Under the pieces are notes generated by a model. The model saw only the letters and a program-made list of their open reading frames with translations. It searched no databases and had not been told where the DNA came from. A DNA stretch of 64,000 bases from Thermoplasmatota archaeon (GTDB lineage: Archaea; Thermoplasmatota; JAKEGO01). Shown piece by piece: positions 60,723-64,000 of this stretch; within the stretch, counting starts at the first letter, position 1; each line of letters starts with the position of its first letter. The position numbers and the translations under genes are program-made. The stretch is taken from positions 1 to 64,000 of the forward strand of contig JANQNK010000019.1 of assembly GCA_028279595.1 (NCBI GenBank). Direction: 5' to 3'.

Positions 60723-61405
60723 ATGAGCGCAGTAGAGGATGCGTTGGAGGCGCTGAAGAGGGGCGAGTTCGTGCTCGTCTTCGATGCGCCCGACAGGGAG
60801 GGCGAGACCGATCTGATAAAGGCGGCCATACACACGCAGCCAGAGGACATATCCAGGATGCGGAACGACGGCGGCGGCCTCATATTCATGATGGTCGGCC
60901 ACGAGACCTCCGAGAAGCTGGGGCTTCCCTTCCTTTCGGACCTCTTCTATCGAGAGGGCGGGCGTTATCCGGTCCTCAAGGAACTGATACCGAACGACAT
61001 CCCCTACGACACGAAATCGTCGTTCTCGGTGCCTATCAACCACAGGAAGACGTTCACGGGCATCACAGACGTAGATCGCTCCCTCACCGTACGCAGGTTC
61101 GGCGAGATGGCCGACGAGATACCAGACCTCACCCCAGCGAAGGCCCAGAGGGTCTTCGGCCAGGAGTTCCGCGCTCCGGGGCACGTGGCGATCTGCAGAG
61201 CGTCCGAGCATCCCCTCAGGGACCGGTTCGGACATACAGAACTGGGTGTCGCACTCATGATCATGGCTGGATTCACTCCCGTGGCCGTAGGCTGCGAGAT
61301 GATGACCGAGGGAAAGGCCCTTCCGCCGGAGGAGGCAAGGAAGTACGGCGAGGAGAACGGGCTCATGTTCCTCGAGGGCAAGGAAGTTCTGGGGGCCTGG
61401 AGAGA

Positions 61406-61418
<13 letters not shown>
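60723..61418 (+). CDS. ribB: 3,4-dihydroxy-2-butanone 4-phosphate synthase
   Basis: DREGETD, TGITD.DR, FRAPGHV, R.GHTE and CEM. Confidence 0.95.
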
Positions 61419-62334
<916 letters not shown>

Positions 62335-62343
62335 GGTGATGAG

Positions 62344-62754
62344 ATGAAACTGGCGTTCGTCATATCCGAGTTCAACTATGACGTCACGATGATGATGCTG
62401 GAGCGGGCGAGGGAGCACGCTACGTTCCTGGGAGCCGAGGTCAGCCACGAGGTGACCGTTCCCGGGGTCTTCGACATGCCCCTGGCCATCAAGGCGCTCC
62501 TGGAAAGGAACGACGTCGATGCCGTCGTGACCCTGGGCGCTGTCATCGAGGGAGAGACCGAGCACGATGATATCGTGATCGGCCATGCCTCGCGCAAGAT
62601 CGCCGATCTGGCTACACAGTTCGGGAAACCAGTGACCCTCGGGATCACCGGACCCGGAATGAGCAGGCTCCAGGCGGAGGCGAGGATCGAACGCGCAAAA
62701 ACGGCCGTCGAGGGCGCCGTCAAGATGCTCAAGAGGCTCGACAGCATCGAGTGA
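62344..62754 (+). CDS. ribH: 6,7-dimethyl-8-ribityllumazine synthase
   Basis: EFN.DVT, VPG.FD.P, G.T.HD and KPV.LGI.GPG. Confidence 0.95.
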   Translation: MKLAFVISEFNYDVTMMMLERAREHATFLGAEVSHEVTVPGVFDMPLAIKALLERNDVDAVVTLGAVIEGETEHDDIVIGHASRKIADLATQFGKPVTLGITGPGMSRLQAEARIERAKTAVEGAVKMLKRLDSIE

Positions 62755-62831
62755 GCATATCTGTAGATCCATATCCGGCAGCGAAGCTGCCATGTTTTGA
62801 ATGAGATCGTTCTGGACCCAAGGGACCTAGC

Positions 62832-63491
62832 CTAATGCCCGGTATCCAGGTCGCCGGCGAAGATGACCTCGACCTTCTCAATGTCCCATAGGCGGTCGAG
62901 ACGCTCGTGGATCTCCTCGTTGATGTTCTCCGCGAACGGGTGGTCGGCGTCGAGGCCGACGGTGACCGTTATCTCTCCATCCTTGACTCCGACACCGGTC
63001 ACGAGGTTCATCTTTACGATGTCCAGACCGGTTATCGGGTTCATCACATGGGTGAGCCTCGAAAGGACCACCTCGGACGTCGTCTCGATGAGTTCCTCTG
63101 GCGGTATGAGCCCGTGCGTCTCCTCGTAGGTCCTGATCGCCTCGCGAAGCGTCTCGACGGCCAGCACCGAGCAGTGCGCCTTCACCGATGGCAATCCGCC
63201 GAGCTCGTCCGAGGCCGACTTCCAGTCTATCTCCTTCGCCTCGTCGAGGGTCTTCCCCTTGGCCATCTCCGTGATTATGGAACCGGTCGCGATGTTCGAG
63301 GCGCAACCGTACGACTCGAAGGAGATGTCCTCGATGACCAGAGTGTCCGGGTCGACCTTCAGATAGAGGGTCACCATGTCACCGCACGCTGGACTCCCTT
63401 CGGTAGCCTTCGCGTCGGCCTCGTCCAGGCAGCCCACGTTCTGGGGGTTCTTGAAGTGCTCCATCAGCTTGTCTGTATACTTCAGGACCAT
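62832..63491 (-). CDS. IscU/NifU-type Fe-S scaffold fused to a C-terminal DUF59-like domain
   Basis: HFKNPQNVG, GSPACGD, GCAS and K.HCS, then V.NP..GLDIV...LV; start MVLKY at 63491. Confidence 0.88.
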   Translation of the reverse strand: MVLKYTDKLMEHFKNPQNVGCLDEADAKATEGSPACGDMVTLYLKVDPDTLVIEDISFESYGCASNIATGSIITEMAKGKTLDEAKEIDWKSASDELGGLPSVKAHCSVLAVETLREAIRTYEETHGLIPPEELIETTSEVVLSRLTHVMNPITGLDIVKMNLVTGVGVKDGEITVTVGLDADHPFAENINEEIHERLDRLWDIEKVEVIFAGDLDTGH

Positions 63492-63601
63492 GGGCGTCGA
63501 TTCCCAGACCCCTTTATTAATGTTGGTCCTATAAAGTTGACAAGACGTTATGTCCAGAGCCTGCGCTGTACTTAGGATACTAGTTTCGGTGGACCATGCG
63601 A

Positions 63602-64000
63602 TCATTCTACGAATACGATGGTCGAATCGGTGCTGGCGTACAGCCCTGAGCCGTCGTCGTCTGGATCGGCGATGGACACATACACGATGAAGTCGCTTCC
63701 GCGGTCCTCGTATTCGTAATCATTGTCCGCGTTCTCGCCGTAGTCAAAACGCTCGTTATCGCTCTCCTGCTCCGGGAAGGTCCAGACTATATCGGCATCG
63801 TCCTTGTCGGTGCTGGTGTCGATGTCGCCCTTGTTCTCGTCCATGTAGTGGACCTCGAAATAGACGGTGTCCTCACCCGCGAAGGGCGGGTTCGCCGTCT
63901 GGTTTGGTCCAGCGTCCACGAGTGGTCTCGCGTTGTAGTATGTCTCCGGCAGTTCGATGTCGACCTCGTGGATGTCAGAGGATTCGATGACGGGATTGTG
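63602..64000 (-). CDS. C-terminal part of an acidic, probably extracellular protein (starts beyond the window)
   Basis: The frame appears to stay open to the window edge; D/E-rich with a PKD-like DAGPNQ motif. Confidence 0.6.
   Translation of the reverse strand, partial: HNPVIESSDIHEVDIELPETYYNARPLVDAGPNQTANPPFAGEDTVYFEVHYMDENKGDIDTSTDKDDADIVWTFPEQESDNERFDYGENADNDYEYEDRGSDFIVYVSIADPDDDGSGLYASTDSTIVFVE

Noticed and set aside
60449-61405. N-terminal extension of the 467-aa ORF
   Set aside because: Out-of-frame overlap with ribB; the real ribL starts at 61406.

Overview
GC-rich archaeal chromosome segment. The gene content (mre11-rad50, FEN1, oapA/oapB-like genes, class II RNR plus thyX, porGDAB, Na+-type HppA, archaeal ribB-ribL-ribC-ribH, PGF-CTERM and giant Ig-repeat surface proteins) suggests Thermoplasmatota, which is an inference. 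The main discovery is a lower-GC, apparently intact 14.5-kb integrated element (7400-21947) inserted in tRNA-Pro(UGG) and bounded by an exact 18-bp direct repeat. It encodes a tyrosine integrase, an RHH regulator, an AT-rich cargo with a stand-alone TIR protein, a hairpin-rich putative origin and a Rep_trans-like rolling-circle initiator. It also carries a translationally coupled operon with a minimal FtsK/HerA-type ATPase, a candidate SSB and several membrane or surface proteins. This fits a new enveloped or extruded ssDNA-type archaeal provirus, but no recognisable capsid protein was found. Excision would rebuild a 53-aa gene split by the att site and join the integrase to the structural operon. 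Both tRNA-Pro genes are followed by arrays of about 80-146 bp hairpin units that contain tRNA-Pro 3'-end (att-like) fragments, possibly non-autonomous satellites or att scars. Four tRNAs were found (Pro, Phe, intron-containing Pro, intron-containing Met). No CRISPR array or rRNA was seen.
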